NCBI RefSeq assembly: GCF_006345805.1
Contig: NW_021834307.1
Coordinates: forward strand, 1-64,000
From: Octopus sinensis
Lineage: Eukaryota
DNA length: 64,000 nt
Direction of reading: 5' to 3'
Positions 1 to 13,855 of this stretch are shown one piece after another. The position numbers and the translations under genes were made by a program. Under the pieces are notes generated by a model. The model ran no database searches. It had not been told where the DNA came from and saw only the letters and a program-made list of their open reading frames with translations. Position 1 is the first letter of the stretch; each line of letters starts with the position of its first letter.

Positions 1-125
1 CCTGTGCCTATTCTCTTTTATTTCAAGATTTCTTGCCAATAGAGAAAGAGTCGGTTTCTAATTTAGGTCCAAGACTCCTTCGTAGGAATTTCACAATTTC
101 AATAATATCAATAATATCAGCAGGG

Positions 126-290
126 TATGTATGTATGTATGTATGTATGTATGTATGTATTGTATATATGTATGTATGTATGCATGTATGTATGTATGTG
201 TGTATGTATGTATGTATGTATGTATGTATGTATGTATGTATGTATGTATGTATGTATGTATGTATGTATGTATGTATGTGTGTGTGTGTG
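126..290. repeat. (TATG)n/(TG)n microsatellite
   Basis: Directly visible tetranucleotide run; explains ORFs 23..404. Confidence 0.97.
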
Positions 291-351
291 TGCATTCTCA
301 TGCCTGTAAGTTGCATGTCTAAACATGCTCTTATAAACTTAAGTGATAAAT

Positions 352-620
352 TTTTGGAAAGTTTTCCAGATTTTTACAGTTCCAGTGATGGATTGGTTCG
401 GTAGTCTTCGAACCAGCTTTCTCCTTTCTGATTTTGAGAAGCCTAATTTCTCAAGATTGGTATTTGGGCAGTGTATTACATTTCCCACTGTCCCAAATAA
501 GTACGGATATTAACCTGAAAAGGATAGTTTCTGTAGATCTTTTGTGTTATCATCTTTGGACAGCTGTTTTCCGTAACTGTACACAGTTTCTCTTCTTTTA
601 TCCCAAATCACTATGTCAGG
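352..620 (-). pseudogene. C-terminal fragment of an RLE-endonuclease non-LTR retrotransposon (R4/Dong-like)
   Basis: Minus-strand translation gives PDIVIWDK (PD-(D/E)xK nuclease start), then after a disruption GTVGNVIHCPNTNLEKLGFSKSERRKLVRRL..SITGTVKIWKTFQKFIT*, matching the typical RLE C-terminus. Confidence 0.7.
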
Positions 621-1035
621 TCTATTATTATGTTTACATTTTATTGAGGTTTTCACTGGGGCATTCTACCAGTACTCCTTTATATGTATATATGTATGTA
701 TGTATATCATGCATATGCATGTATATCTATATCTATGTCTACATCTATATCTATATCTACATATATATATATATATATTGATAAAACGGTAAGATAACAA
801 AAGAAAGAAAGAGACCTCAATATTATGTAAATAGAGGAAATTTATCTGACTACCGAGTAATGTAACATATTGTATATACTATATATATATATATATTATA
901 TACATACATATACATATGTATATATACATATATACATTATATACATGTCTATATATACATATATACATATATGTGTATGTATATCTATATATATATATAT
1001 ATATCTATATATTATATATATATATATACATACCA

Positions 1036-1589
1036 CAGGGTGAGTCAAAAAGTAATGCCATTTTGTTAAGGACAGGTATATTTACTAACACAGGAACATG
1101 TAGCATACATTAAAATGAAGTTGGTTGTCTGTGGATCACATCCCTACTTCTCAACAGAGTCACCGTTTCTCTCAATAGCAATGTTCCACCTTCGAATGAG
1201 AGCATGTATCCCTGCCCCGTAAAATTCTGTTGACTGTTCTTTGAGCCACTTCTTCACTACAGTTTTCACTTTCTCGTCACTGGAATAATGTTTGCCTCTC
1301 AAACCCTCTTTCGTGGCGCCAAAGAGATGATAGTCTGAAGGCACTAGATCTGGTGAGTGTGGAGGTAGTGAAGAAGTGGCTCAAAGAACTGCCAACAGAA
1401 TTTTACGAGGCAGGGATACATGCTCTCATTCGAAGGTGGAACATTGCTATTGAGAGAAACGGTGACTATGTTGGGAAGTAGGGATGTGATCCACAGAGGA
1501 CCAGCTTCATGTTGAAGCATGATACATGTTCCCGTGTTGGTAATTATATCTGTCCTAAATAAAATGGCATTACTTTTTGACACACTCTC
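1036..1589. mobile_element. Fold-back (palindromic) non-autonomous mariner derivative
   Basis: Termini gtgagtcaaaaagtaatgccatttt / aaaatggcattactttttgacacac are inverted. Arms ~1036-1260 and ~1365-1589 are inverted copies, each encoding the transposase C-terminus (VKKWLKE..TEFY.AGIHALIRRWNIAIERNGD.V.K*). The spacer carries DLVPSDYHLF on the minus strand. Confidence 0.9.
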
Positions 1590-1590
1590 T

Positions 1591-1641
<51 letters not shown>

Positions 1642-1733
1642 TGTGTGTGTGTTGCGTGTGTGTGTGTGTGTGTGTTCTTTTACTTCTTTTAACGATTGGA
1701 CTGTATATATGTACATATGTACACACAAACACA

Positions 1734-1775
<42 letters not shown>

Positions 1776-1984
1776 AGCGGATACACAGACACAAACTCTC
1801 TCTTTCTCTCTCTCTCTCTCTCTTTCTCACACACACATGCATGCCTTTATACACATACATATTTAATTTAAACACTTGCACACATTGCGCATTTTAATTC
1901 TCACTCGTAACCAAACCACTAAACAGAAACTAAATGGTGATCCACAAGACAAGTTAATTCTGAGTCTTGATTGAGACGTGTGTG

Positions 1985-2023
<39 letters not shown>

Positions 2024-2148
2024 TGTGTGTGTGTGTGTTGTGTGTGTGTTTACGGCGGATCTAGTATCCCAGAATTACTCTGGACTTTCTCTTAAGTTAC
2101 ACGATTCTTCAGACATGAAAAACCAGTTTTACGAAATTCTATCGCTGG

Positions 2149-2204
<56 letters not shown>

Positions 2205-2591
2205 CTATCTGTTTGTTAGTCTGTCTGTCTATCTATTGTATTATATACAGAGAAAGAACGAGAAAGTAAAAGAGAGAGAGAGAGAGATAGGCAGTAGACA
2301 GACAGCAGACAGATAGACGAACAGATAAACAGACAGACAGACAGCAGATAGATAGATATGCATACATAATATATATATGTGTGTGTGTGTGGTGTGTGTC
2401 TGTGTGTGTGTCTGTATACTTATGCAGATATAAATATATTGATATATACACACATATATACTATCAAACACACATAGGTATTTTTAAAACCCGTGCGTGT
2501 ACACCTATAGAAAGCCAGATGGAAACAGCTCACCAGAAGGGAAATCGGTAAGAATAAAAAGTAAGGAGAATAACAGGTACGAAAAGGAGTC

Positions 2592-2952
2592 ATATTTCAA
2601 AAGTCTTCATTTTGGCGCGCCAAAATATCTGAAATAATTCTGCAGAAAATAATTCTCTGCAGTGTTAAGACCATAGGTGGTCGTCTTCTAGCATAATGGA
2701 TGTCCACTTAGTGGTCATCCTTCTTATAAGTATGTAATACAATTTTTCTGAATCTTCAGATTTTTCAATATGCTAGGCCACTGGTTTTAAATTGATATAA
2801 ATCAAATTAATTTTCAATTTTTCACCCTTATTATTTTAGATTTAAATTTAAATAACTATGTTCTCTAACTGGCAAAATTCACTGCAGAGAATTATTTTCT
2901 GCAGAATTATTTCCGGTAATTTGGCGCGCCAAAACGAAGACTTTTGAAATAT
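2592..2952. repeat. 73-bp inverted repeat pair (2592-2664 / 2880-2952)
   Basis: atatttcaaaagtcttc.ttttggcgcgccaaa....gaaataattctgcagaaaataattctctgcagtg and its reverse complement, about 90% identical, with a 215-bp spacer. Confidence 0.85.
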
Positions 2953-3027
2953 AACCGCAAATGTAATTGGTAAAGCTATATGCATGTTCAATCTCATGCG
3001 GACGTTTCGTGTATATTTTGCTATGAC

Positions 3028-3089
3028 GATCACACTGACGAGTTGCGGACATTCTACGTAAGTGGCAACAACGAAACTGGTTTGGGATT
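3028..3089 (+). ncRNA. Type I hammerhead ribozyme motif (extended loop II)
   Basis: gaucaca CUGACGA GUUG-23nt-CAAC GAAA CUGG UU ugggauu. Stem I has 6 of 7 pairs, stem II 4 bp, the core is intact and the triplet is GUU. Stem III ACUGGU is one change from palindromic ACCGGU. Confidence 0.6.
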
Positions 3090-3136
3090 AATCTCTGTAT
3101 TTTGCATTTTTTCATTTGTCTTGCTCGCTTACGTTC

Positions 3137-3991
3137 TGGCGTTTGCTAAATTTTCTTGAGAACATTCCCTTCTTAATGGTAAGACTAAGAATTCAAAAGA
3201 ATTCAACTTGATTATGGCTTGAAGATAACAACTTACTGAAAGTGATTGCCTTTAGCTTCTACTGCGTCCTCAAGACGGTTCCAAAATCTGATGCATGCGT
3301 TTCTTTGTGTATTCCTGGGGAAGGTCTTGGAACGTTTCCTTGATCTTGGCCACCAGTTCGGTTTTGGTGCTGGAGACAGAGAGGTTGGTATCTTTCTCGA
3401 CCGCGTATCACGCATAGTAATCATGGAATTGCAATCTGGGGAACTAGGAGGCCAGAAATTGGGGCTTTTGTGAAGTGGTAGAAATTCTCCGACAACACAT
3501 TTGACTCTTTCCGAAGCTATGGCAAGAAGCCAAATCCTGCTGCTGCTGCTGCTGCTGCTGCACATATGGCTTCCCAGAAGCAATCCTGTCCAGCCTGGGA
3601 TTGACCCACTCTCGATTAACTTCGCAGTTGTCTGAAGTGAGCTTACAGCCCTGTTCGAAAATGTGCGCCTGTTGCGTCCCTTCTTACTGGGCATGGCTTC
3701 GTCGTTTCCTTTGCAGCTGTCCATGTCATGTCGTACAGTCTTTACTTTGTTCGTAGATCATTGAGCAGCATTCAAGATGTCGGCATTTTGATACTCGGCG
3801 TGAATTATCATAATACAAGTAATTCATTTCCTATATTCAGATGGCTTCCAGTCCTCCATGTCAGCTAACTTTTTCTCAACTACAACTTTTATCTTTATGC
3901 TCTCCAACGCCGTTGACTGTTCACTCATACATTAAGCTGTTCCTGAGAAAAGGAAGCATAAAAATTCATCAAATTTAGCCCGAATACTCAG
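3137..3991 (-). mobile_element. Internally deleted Tc1/mariner-superfamily transposon (maT/DD37D-like) with transposase pseudogene
   Basis: N-terminus MEDWKPSEYRK*ITCIMIIHAEY..., C-terminus SPNFWPPSSPDCN ... CIRFWNRLEDAVEAKGNHFQ*. A TIR-like end ctgagtattcgggctaaattt is flanked by TA at 3992-3993; the left TIR is degenerate. Confidence 0.75.
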
Positions 3992-4131
3992 TATGCATGT
4001 GCGTATGTCAATATGCACACGAATATATACATATGCATATTTATATGTACAAGGATCATCTATATAATATATATATATAGATATACAATACATACACGCA
4101 CGTACACACACACACATACACACGTACAGAC

Positions 4132-4213
<82 letters not shown>

Positions 4214-4559
4214 AGTATCTGAACAGAAAATGAGGAAAACAGACGACTTCCATCCACACTTCAGGAAATGAAAATCGGTTGTAAAGGGAGATAAGTCATA
4301 ACAGTTGAAGATTGTTGTGGCCGATAACTAAATTTAGTGAGTTTGACCAGGAATGACATCAAACTACTTCAAGGTGAACAAAATATCTTAATCAACCCTT
4401 ACTTGGTGACTCAGTCCAATATTTAATCAAAGACTAAATCTTTTGATTTGTTAACCAGCTAACACACATCTTGTTTCACCATTTGACTTTTTATTCAAAC
4501 GTCCCTTATTTTTTCCTTTCCTCTATTTTATCTTCCATTCTTTATTTGTTTTCTTTGAA

Positions 4560-5000
4560 TTGTTTTTTGTTTTGTTTCCTATTTTCTCCATAATTAATTC
4601 ATCTTTTTTCATTATTTCTTCATTCTTTATTTCTTTAGTTTTTTTTTTCTGTTTCTTCCTTTCTCTTTCTTTCCTCGTTCTTTCACTTTTCTTCCTCTCT
4701 TTTCCTCTCTTTCCGCTTTCCTCTCATTTTGTCATCTTTTTCTCTCATTTATTAATTCATTTATTCATTCTTTTTTCTTTCTGCAGTTCTTCTTTCTTTC
4801 TCTTTCGCCCCTCTCTCTCTCTCTCTCTCACTCCCTCTCTCCACTGTCTCTCTCTCACTGTCTCTCTTTTTCTCATTCTTTTTCTTCCTCTCACTCTTTT
4901 TCCCTCCCTTTTACTCTTCTATCCCTCAACGTTCTCTCTTTCCTTATTTCATTTTCTTCTCAGACGTTCTCTCTGCTTTCTGATTCCCGATTATCAGTTT
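4560..5000. repeat. Pyrimidine-rich (CT/T) low-complexity tract
   Basis: Composition directly visible; the F/L/S-rich ORF is an artefact. Confidence 0.85.
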
Positions 5001-5199
5001 TAGGGGCCATCATTTACCAAGCACGTCACAGCAAAGGACAAGATACCATGTGATGCTGAGTTACATCCCTCTGCATTCTCAGTTCAAATCCTGCCTCCCT
5101 CAACTCTGCCTTTCACCCTTCTCGCTTCGATGAAATACCGTTCCACATAAGTGCATTCTTCTCCTCTCTACTACTGTCCTTGTGTCAAGTAAGTTATTG

Positions 5200-5285
<86 letters not shown>

Positions 5286-5339
5286 TATTATTATTATTAT
5301 TATTGTTGTTGTTATTATTATTATTATTATTTGGTGGTG

Positions 5340-5655
5340 GGGTTACGAATGGGGCCTCAGGGAGTAGCATCCCTGCCTTCCTGAGCTAGTGTTCCACCAC
5401 ATTTCTTAAAAATCGTGGCAGAGGCCTTGGTCTCAGGACCACTCATGTCTAGAAACTGAGGATGAGGGTAAGCAAGGGCATGCTCTCTGTAGACAATCCG
5501 GCTCCAAAAAAGCGTCATGGCAGCAAGATAGAATGGACACCAGCCAGCCCTAAGGTTGGGGTGGGCTGCACCTGCCTACCTCGGTTGCTATGGCATTGAG
5601 GTAGATCCGGCCACTCCCATTAACGGGAGACAAAACCCGGATTTAAATCACTGGA
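5340..5655 (+). mobile_element. Retroposon fragment, possibly RTE-like 5' UTR module
   Basis: Contains gggtaagcaagggcatgctctctgta, recalled as resembling RTE 5' regions, and is flanked by (CAT)/(TAT)/(GAT)n. Resemblance from memory only. Confidence 0.3.
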
Positions 5656-5904
5656 TGATGATGATGATGATGATAATCATTATTCTGAGATTAATTTGAC
5701 ACTGTTTGGTGACCATAGCTGAGAGCAATAGTCAAAGTGGCTTAGGACAAGTGTCCTCCAGAGGACCATCATGATTTCCTGGTCTCTTGTTCTAAAAGCT
5801 CTAAAAATCCATCCGTCAGCCGCCTACATTTCATTGCCAATTTAGCAACATATATATATATACATACATATAAATACGAATATATAAGAACACTATGCTC
5901 ATTA

Positions 5905-6144
5905 TTATATTAGGAGATTACTAAAACCATGACATACTCTATTAGTTAATGATGACGCTGTTTTGTGGTTTTGATGACAACAAATCTCTTGAGTCTTTCT
6001 TAAGGTTTCTTGCAGAATATGGGATGGCTCTTTCCTTCTGGTCAACAATACCAGTTTCTCCAAAAGACCAAACTCTTTTGGGCTTTTAGGAAGCATTTTG
6101 GCTCTTGTGCCAAGTGCACCAATTACCACCAGAATAATTTTCAA
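5905..6144 (-). pseudogene. RLE-type LINE C-terminal fragment (R4/Dong-like)
   Basis: KIILVVIGALGT motif followed by a degraded LQETLRK tail, typical of the last ~50 aa of RLE ORFs. Confidence 0.6.
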
Positions 6145-7509
6145 GTTAGTCTTTCACAAGCTCTCCATCTCTCTGGCTAAGTCCAGATATTTTTCAATTT
6201 TATTATTGTTGTTGTTGTTGCTGTGGTTGTGATCGACTGGTCCCCCTCCCCGAAATTTCAGGCTTTGTGCCTTTAATAGAAAGGATTATTATTATTGTTG
6301 TTGTTGTTGCTGTGATGGAAGTTCGAATCAAACCATCCCCACTTGAGTGTTATTGCTTGTTCCTTTGACTCTTGTATGTGTTTTTTTTTTTGTTGTTTTT
6401 TTTGTGGTGAAATATGTTTATTTTTGAGGCAAATTCTTGCTGCCGTTCATTTTCCCCTTCTTTTTATTCGTTAGTCTTGTTCGAATGGTACATGAAGAGT
6501 TCGCTCTCTGCTTGCGCTCGGACCTCCCTATTAATAATCCTCTGCCGTCATGTAAGTACGATATTAATGGCGATTGCAATGGCGGAAAAGTAACGCAGCC
6601 TGGATGGTTTATAACCATCACCCCCCACCACCACCACACACACACACACACAAATGCACGCAGACGCGTGGACACTAAGACACATATACCTCACATGTAC
6701 AAACCGTATATTCGCGCATCTCTTATACTGTACAAAGACATACACAACTCACATACATATACACATACTACAACATGAAATGTATGTCTGCGCGTGCGCG
6801 CGTGTATATATATATATGTGCGTGTGTGTGTATCTATATGTGTACGTATATATGTATGTATACATATATATTTGTGTATGTGATATTATATGTATATATA
6901 TGCACACACACATATATGCATACATCCGTACATCATACATACATGTATACGTGTGCGCATGAGTGTGTGTTCGTGTGTGTGTTCGTGTGTGTGTGTGTGT
7001 GTGTGTGGAGGGGTGTGTATGTGTATGTATTTGTATGTGTGTGCGTACACATGTGAATGATCTGCTGTAGAAGCAGTAAGAATAAACGTTGTCTCAAAGT
7101 AGTAAAATCCCGGAATCAACCGGAACTGGTTGGGGGTAGGGGTGAGGTGGGGGTGAGGGGCGGTGCGGAGTGGAAGCGGGTTCAATATTGCGAGTGGCAA
7201 CTTCTTGAACACTACAAGCTATAAATCTCTTAGAGTTAAGATGTTGGGGGGGGGGCATAAGGTTAAGTGGAGGAGGAGGGGTGGGACATCGTAAATAATT
7301 GTTTGTTTTTGGTAATGTTTAAAGTACGATAGATAGACAGAGAGAGAGAGAGAGAGAGGGAGAGAGGGAGAGAGCTCCGATGGTTTGGTAGCAGCGGAAT
7401 CTTAAATTGATATACATACATGGGTGTGTATGTTTGTGTCAGTGTGTATGTCTGTATGTTTGTGTGTGTGTATGTGTGTGTTTGTGTGTGTATGTGTGTG
7501 TTTGTGTTT

Positions 7510-7720
7510 GTGTTTGCGTGTGTGTATGGAGGTGCGTGACTCGGTGGTTAATTTCGATTCCTGGACTGAGCAATGCATTGAACTCTTGAGCAAGACCCTT
7601 GATTTCTCATTGTCCCAGTCCTCTCGGCTCTTAAAAATGAGTTACTCTGCAATGGATCGATGCCCTGTCCCGGTGGGGGAGGGCAAATATCAATACCACA
7701 GAACTTGGGAAACCGGACTT
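7510..7720 (+). mobile_element. Degraded tRNA-derived SINE with CORE-like segment
   Basis: B-box-like ttcgattcc followed by cttgagcaagacccttgatttc; homologous to the SINE at 45830-46200. Confidence 0.55.
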
Positions 7721-10586
7721 TTGAGTCTTTAGTTCTAGAAGCTCTTGCTTATTTTTGGTGCATATTCGCAGTGTGAATGAGTTTTCGCTGCTGTTTCTAG
7801 CTGGTCGAGTGACTACGTGAGGACTCGTTGTCAGCTCGTGAGTTGTTGTTGTTGTTGCTGGTGATGGAGCGGCTTCATTCTGGTCAGCTCTAACCATACT
7901 GACCCACGACCAAAGGTATCCAGCCGTAACCATCCTACATTTTTCTTATATTTTATACATACAATTGTGTTCTTCCATTTGTTTTTTTTTTAACAGTGCG
8001 GTGTGCTTTGTGGGTTATTTTATCTGCTCTTTTTAGATGGTCAAGCCACTAAGTGAAGGAGCCCTCCTTGGCAGCCACAACATGTTGTATAGGCTGACAT
8101 CCAGCGTTAAGCACGGTCTATTGGTTCCGTGTAAATCAACCTAAACGGAAAATTATTTGAAGTCGACGACGGCAGGATTTGAACTCAGAATCTGAAACGA
8201 CGATGATGAACACTGCACCACCACATTTTAGTGAACCTTTACTGAATTTCACTTTTTCTGAGATTGGTTTTTGTTCTTAATTACTTCCTGATACTTTAGT
8301 GTTCAGTCGATGATAACCTAAGGAGAAGCATTAACATCACAACATCTCATTTCATTGTTCCCAATTAATAAACAACGAATCTGCAACATAGTTGTTGAAG
8401 AATTATTAGAACGTCGGCTTTTTACATTCTGGGTTGAAATCCCGCCGATGCCTTTCAAAAATATCAAAAGAGGTACCAGTCAAATACTGGGACCGATGTA
8501 ATCGACTTGGCTCTTCCTCTCGAAATTGCTGTGGTCTTGACCCCAGCAACGGACAGTCGTTCGGTTCAAGGGAATATTGCCACATGTTGGTAATTGAGAA
8601 GTCATTGAGTCCTACTTTAAATGCCGATAGTCATGGCTAGTCCTTCATCTTCCTACTTCCAGTTATACACAAGACTTGATTCAATCGATTGTCCCAATCA
8701 CTGAATGGTTCCATGTCAATATTATACCAGTAATGGCAATCTCTTGTCGATGTCTTTGTAGTGTCTCCTGCATTTGATGTAACTCTCATTCCTCACTTAA
8801 TAAACCGGCCACTTTTTCGACTTCGCAGTCTTTTCTCTTCTGGGCATCATACAATAATATGAACACAATAAATTCTTTGAGCACAGTGCCAATGATACAG
8901 TTTCGGTCTCTCTTTAGAACTATTTCACTTTGCTTATAAGTGGAACTACCAATGTCTCATGTTGCCAGTTGTCCATTTTGATTTAGCTTGTTCACTCCTA
9001 GGACTTGCAATGCCCTTTTCATATTTCAGGAAAAGCAACTTCAGCGGAATTTGAACACGGGAAGCAACAAGCCGGAATAAACAGCGCCAAAACGTTTCGT
9101 CTGATGCTCTAACGACCGATTCTACATGACTTGCCAATTCGAAGGGAAGCGGTATCGTTCATGCTGTTCTTAAGGGCCATCACTAAAGGAGCGCTATTGA
9201 TTAATAATGGCATGTACATAAATGAATAAATATAAATAACATACACATCTTGACAATGTAAGAGGTACACACACGCATACACACACACTCACACACACGC
9301 GTGTGTGTTTGTATATGTGTGTGTATATAATATATATATATGTATGTATATACACACAACACACACAACACACACACACACACACACCACACAAACACAC
9401 ACACACAAATAGGTATCAAGAGCAGGCAATCTACAAAGGCCGCAGCAACAACAACAAAATGCCATAATACTGGTGACAAACATCAACAACAACAACAACA
9501 ACGACGACGACGACAACAACAGCGCGAAGAACAAACGGACGCAAAGAATAGAAAGCTTGCCAATTGGACAAAAGTGGTGTCTATTGAAATGAAGTAACAC
9601 AGGTGTGGAGGCGAAAGCGACAGATGTAGCTACTAGTTTAAATGAGAAAATTACTAGATAGATAACATCGCTGTTCACTGGCCATTCTCTTTGCCACAAG
9701 AAGCAGATAAATTGAAGGAGCTGAGAACTAAGCCAAGTCGTCCATTCATTATGAGGCGTTAGAAAGCTGCAGTCGTCAGCCACGGCCAACAACGTGCACA
9801 GCCTTCTCTTTGTAGATCCTCCGTTCTGTGCCCTTCCTACTTTCAAACAAACCGCCTACCTACCTACTTACTTCCCTAACTACACCCACATATGTATAAA
9901 GTGAATGGGTTTCCGTCGGTTTCGACGAGGAGAATTCATCAGCTTGATCAATAGAACAGACAGCGTGTTAAATTTAAGGGGCAGCTGGTTGAGTATTCCA
10001 TAAGCGTAAAAGTCTGGCAGTATCAGCGCGAGACAAAATGTTTCAAAGCTGGACCTTAGAATTGCGGGTGCAATCTATCTATCCACCAACTTACCTTCAT
10101 TGTAGACCTATCTGTTTACCTGCCCCCGCTTAAAATAAAACACACACACATATGGATATGCAAATACATACCAATAAACCGATATATATATATATATGCT
10201 TACATATAAGAGAACAAAATGTACGTACGCCGCTATATATATATATAATATAAAAGATACAAAATGGGACAAGAACGCAAAACATCCAGACAACTAGGTG
10301 ATACAAAAAGGGACAACAAAACATCCAGATTGACGATACAAAAAAACAAGGACGGGTCATTCGAAGCCTTTAATCTTCAGCCAAGAACCTCGCAATTTCG
10401 GCTGATTAATCTTGAGATTGCTCCAGTCTGGCCAGCCTTAAGGAAAAACTAAGCTAAGAGCATTAGATTCCTTGGAAAAGGATCGAATGTATACGAAGCA
10501 AGGACGGAAAACGGACGATGTTACACGAATATAAATACAAAAATAATACAAAAAACAATAATAAATATATATATATATATATATAT

Positions 10587-10668
<82 letters not shown>

Positions 10669-11343
10669 TCGTACATAAATCTATACATACAAGCATATAC
10701 AGGTACATACAATCAAAACATCCATATATAAGCACATGCTTTTGTACACTCATATTCCCATACACATCGATACATCTTATTTACCATCTTATTCCTACAC
10801 ATATCTCTTCAACTATCGACTTCCTCTAAATCTATTTGTCTGCTTTCGTATTACGAAGATTGACAATGTTATCGATATTATTACGCACACTAATACTCAC
10901 ATATCTATCTACCTACCAACCTACCAACATGTCTATCCAACTATTTATCTATCTGTCTGTCTGTGTATCTGCCTGTCTGTCCATCTATAGATCTATCTAT
11001 TTCCGTATCTATATCTATGTATATGTGTGTGTGTGTGTGTGTGTGTGAACAATTTAAATACTCTTTTAAAGCCAAAACTCTGCAAGCTGTTGGAATTCAC
11101 AAAAAAGGATCGTTAGTACATTTAATTGGTATTTCCATATTTCAGAGTTATGACGCCTATATCAGCAATGGCTGCTAGCCAGCCAACAACACCTTTCCTC
11201 CGAAGATTTCCTCAAGAAGGATCGCAACCCTAAAATATTGAAATACCAGGCAATAGTCCAAACCATCGATCTAATTTATTGATTTTTATAACTTGCATTG
11301 TTTGGGTTTTTTAAAAATAAGCACACACACACGTACACACACA

Positions 11344-11379
<36 letters not shown>

Positions 11380-11451
11380 ACACACACACACACACATACA
11401 TATATACATACATAATACATACATATATATGCATGCATGTATACATGCATG

Positions 11452-11505
<54 letters not shown>

Positions 11506-11555
11506 TATATACATAAATATACATACATATATATGCATGCATGTATACATGCATG

Positions 11556-11610
<55 letters not shown>

Positions 11611-12070
11611 ATACTAGTTATGGTATATTCTGTTCAGAACGTAGCAGAGTACAGTGTAAAGCTCGTCCACCTTCAGATTTGACCCTGTGCTGTTCTTAAA
11701 TAGAGGTTGTGAACTTACGGAGACAATATTTACATACTGCTTGAGGAAATACAACTAGATCTTATAATGCAGGGAAACAGTCGTATAATAAAGTATCTGC
11801 AGGCCTGGAAAACTAAATTGCCTGGAAACAATTGTAGTGATTAAAAAATAAATGTCCAACCGTACTCCTTCTTGTTGACTTCAAATATTTTTCAATTATA
11901 TATGTATGTATGTATATATATATATTATATACCGGAGTAAACACATAAATGTGAAACAAGGTGGAAAAAAAGAGTACTCAAATACCAATGGTAGAGTAAT
12001 ATGCTTTATGAACGGCAACGAGAAACTCAGAGTAACAGATTTTGTTGAATTTTCTGCTGCTTTAAATAAA

Positions 12071-12135
<65 letters not shown>

Positions 12136-12218
12136 CTTCCATTTTCCTGAGCGCCTAATAATAATAATACTGTAATTGTTCCACGTGTTGTTGTTTTTTT
12201 GTTTTCCCGTTTGGATTA

Positions 12219-12274
<56 letters not shown>

Positions 12275-12891
12275 GTAATGTATCTATGTCTCTGCTAGTT
12301 GTTCTTTGTCGTAGTGGAAGGCCTCAGTGTTCTGAAGGCTTTGCGAGCAATGTCATCGGGAATCTAGTACTACATTACAGAAAGCAAGTAAATGTAAATC
12401 CATTTTGTTTATCTCTCTACACACATAAAATAAAGGAGATTACCGTGACATTTCTCATGACAGGTTAGCCTATATTCCGAGGATAAATACCGCTCTGCCT
12501 TCGAAAAGAAAATGATAGCAATCGCTATTTAAAACAAATACAAACTACGACTTAACTGGAATGACTAGACTACATCACATTCTATACATTTGCAGATGCT
12601 GTGATAAATAATTAACCATTCTGCCAACGTTTTTTGAGAGCGGTCCGATAGGTTTCATCTCAAAACATTCAGATTTGAAACAGATGCGGCATCTGAACAT
12701 CCAATCAACCCTCCACTCCTTTCCAATTGTAGTTTTCTTTTTTATCGACCCTGAAATGATGAAAGACAAAACTGACGTAACAAGGATTTGATCTTGGAAC
12801 GCAAGCTGTTGAAATATTCATGTGCGTATGTCTGTTTGTCTGTGTGTGCATGTGAATGTATGTGTCTATGTATGAAGATACACAGACGTAC

Positions 12892-12942
<51 letters not shown>

Positions 12943-13059
12943 GGGAGAGAGAAAGATGTACATTACTATCTATCTATCTACCTATATATATATATATATA
13001 TATATATTCATATATGTGCATGTGTGTTTTTTACGTGTGTGCGCACACAAAGCACATGC

Positions 13060-13279
13060 TCATCCACACACGCACACACGCACACGCACACACACACGCA
13101 CACACACACACGCACACACACACACGCACACACACACACACACACACACGCACACACGCACACGCACACACACACGCACACGCACACGCACACGCACACA
13201 CACACACGCACACGCACACACACACACGCACACACACACACGCACACACGCACACGCACACGCACACGCACACACGCAC

Positions 13280-13322
<43 letters not shown>

Positions 13323-13345
13323 CGCACACGCACACACACACATTG
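13060..13345. repeat. (CA)n/(CACG)n compound microsatellite
   Basis: Directly visible. Confidence 0.97.
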
Positions 13346-13619
13346 ACATCAATCCCTCCGTATGTCACACTACCTTTGCGTCCATTGAAGAGGAGAAAGC
13401 TACGTTTTTAATTTGGTCGTATAATTACTTAAATGTTTCCCTCACAGAAACTAGTCTTTATGAAGCCAACCACTTCAGTGTCGGTTCGTCACTTCCTCTT
13501 GTTGCAGCCTAAGGATGGGGGGGGGAGGGCTTACTCGAGGAGCAGGGTGACGGGGTCATATTCAACACACCTTTCACTGTTAATGGCCGGGACAAAAGAC
13601 AGTTTAATGATGTTAAAGG

Positions 13620-13855
13620 AAGGAGAAGAAGAAGAAGAAGAAGAAGAAGAAGAAGAAGAAGAAGGAGAAGAATGAGAAGAAGAAGAAGAAGAAGAAGAAG
13701 GAGAAGAAGAAGAAGGAGAAGAAGAAGAGAGAAGAAGAAGAAGAAGAAGAAGAAGAAGAAGAAGAAGAAGAAGGAGAAGAAGAAGAAAAAGAAGAAGGAG
13801 GAGGAGGAGAAGGAGGAGAAGAAGAAGGAGGAGGATGAGGAGGAGAAAGAAAGAT
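13620..13855. repeat. (GAA)n/(GGA)n trinucleotide tract
   Basis: Directly visible. Confidence 0.97.

Noticed and set aside
2071-2117. Hammerhead-like CUGAAGA...GAAAGUCCAGAGUA (minus)
   Set aside because: Stems I and III no longer pair; counted only as a degenerate remnant.
9905-9940. CUGAUGA...GAAA on the minus strand
   Set aside because: No stem II or III pairing and no UH site; lies in a degraded SINE-like segment.
12005-12040. Hammerhead-like AUGA-A-CG-GCAA-CG-A-GAAA-CUCAGAG-UA (plus)
   Set aside because: The 5' CUG and the stem I strand are missing (truncated), so it cannot fold as a ribozyme.
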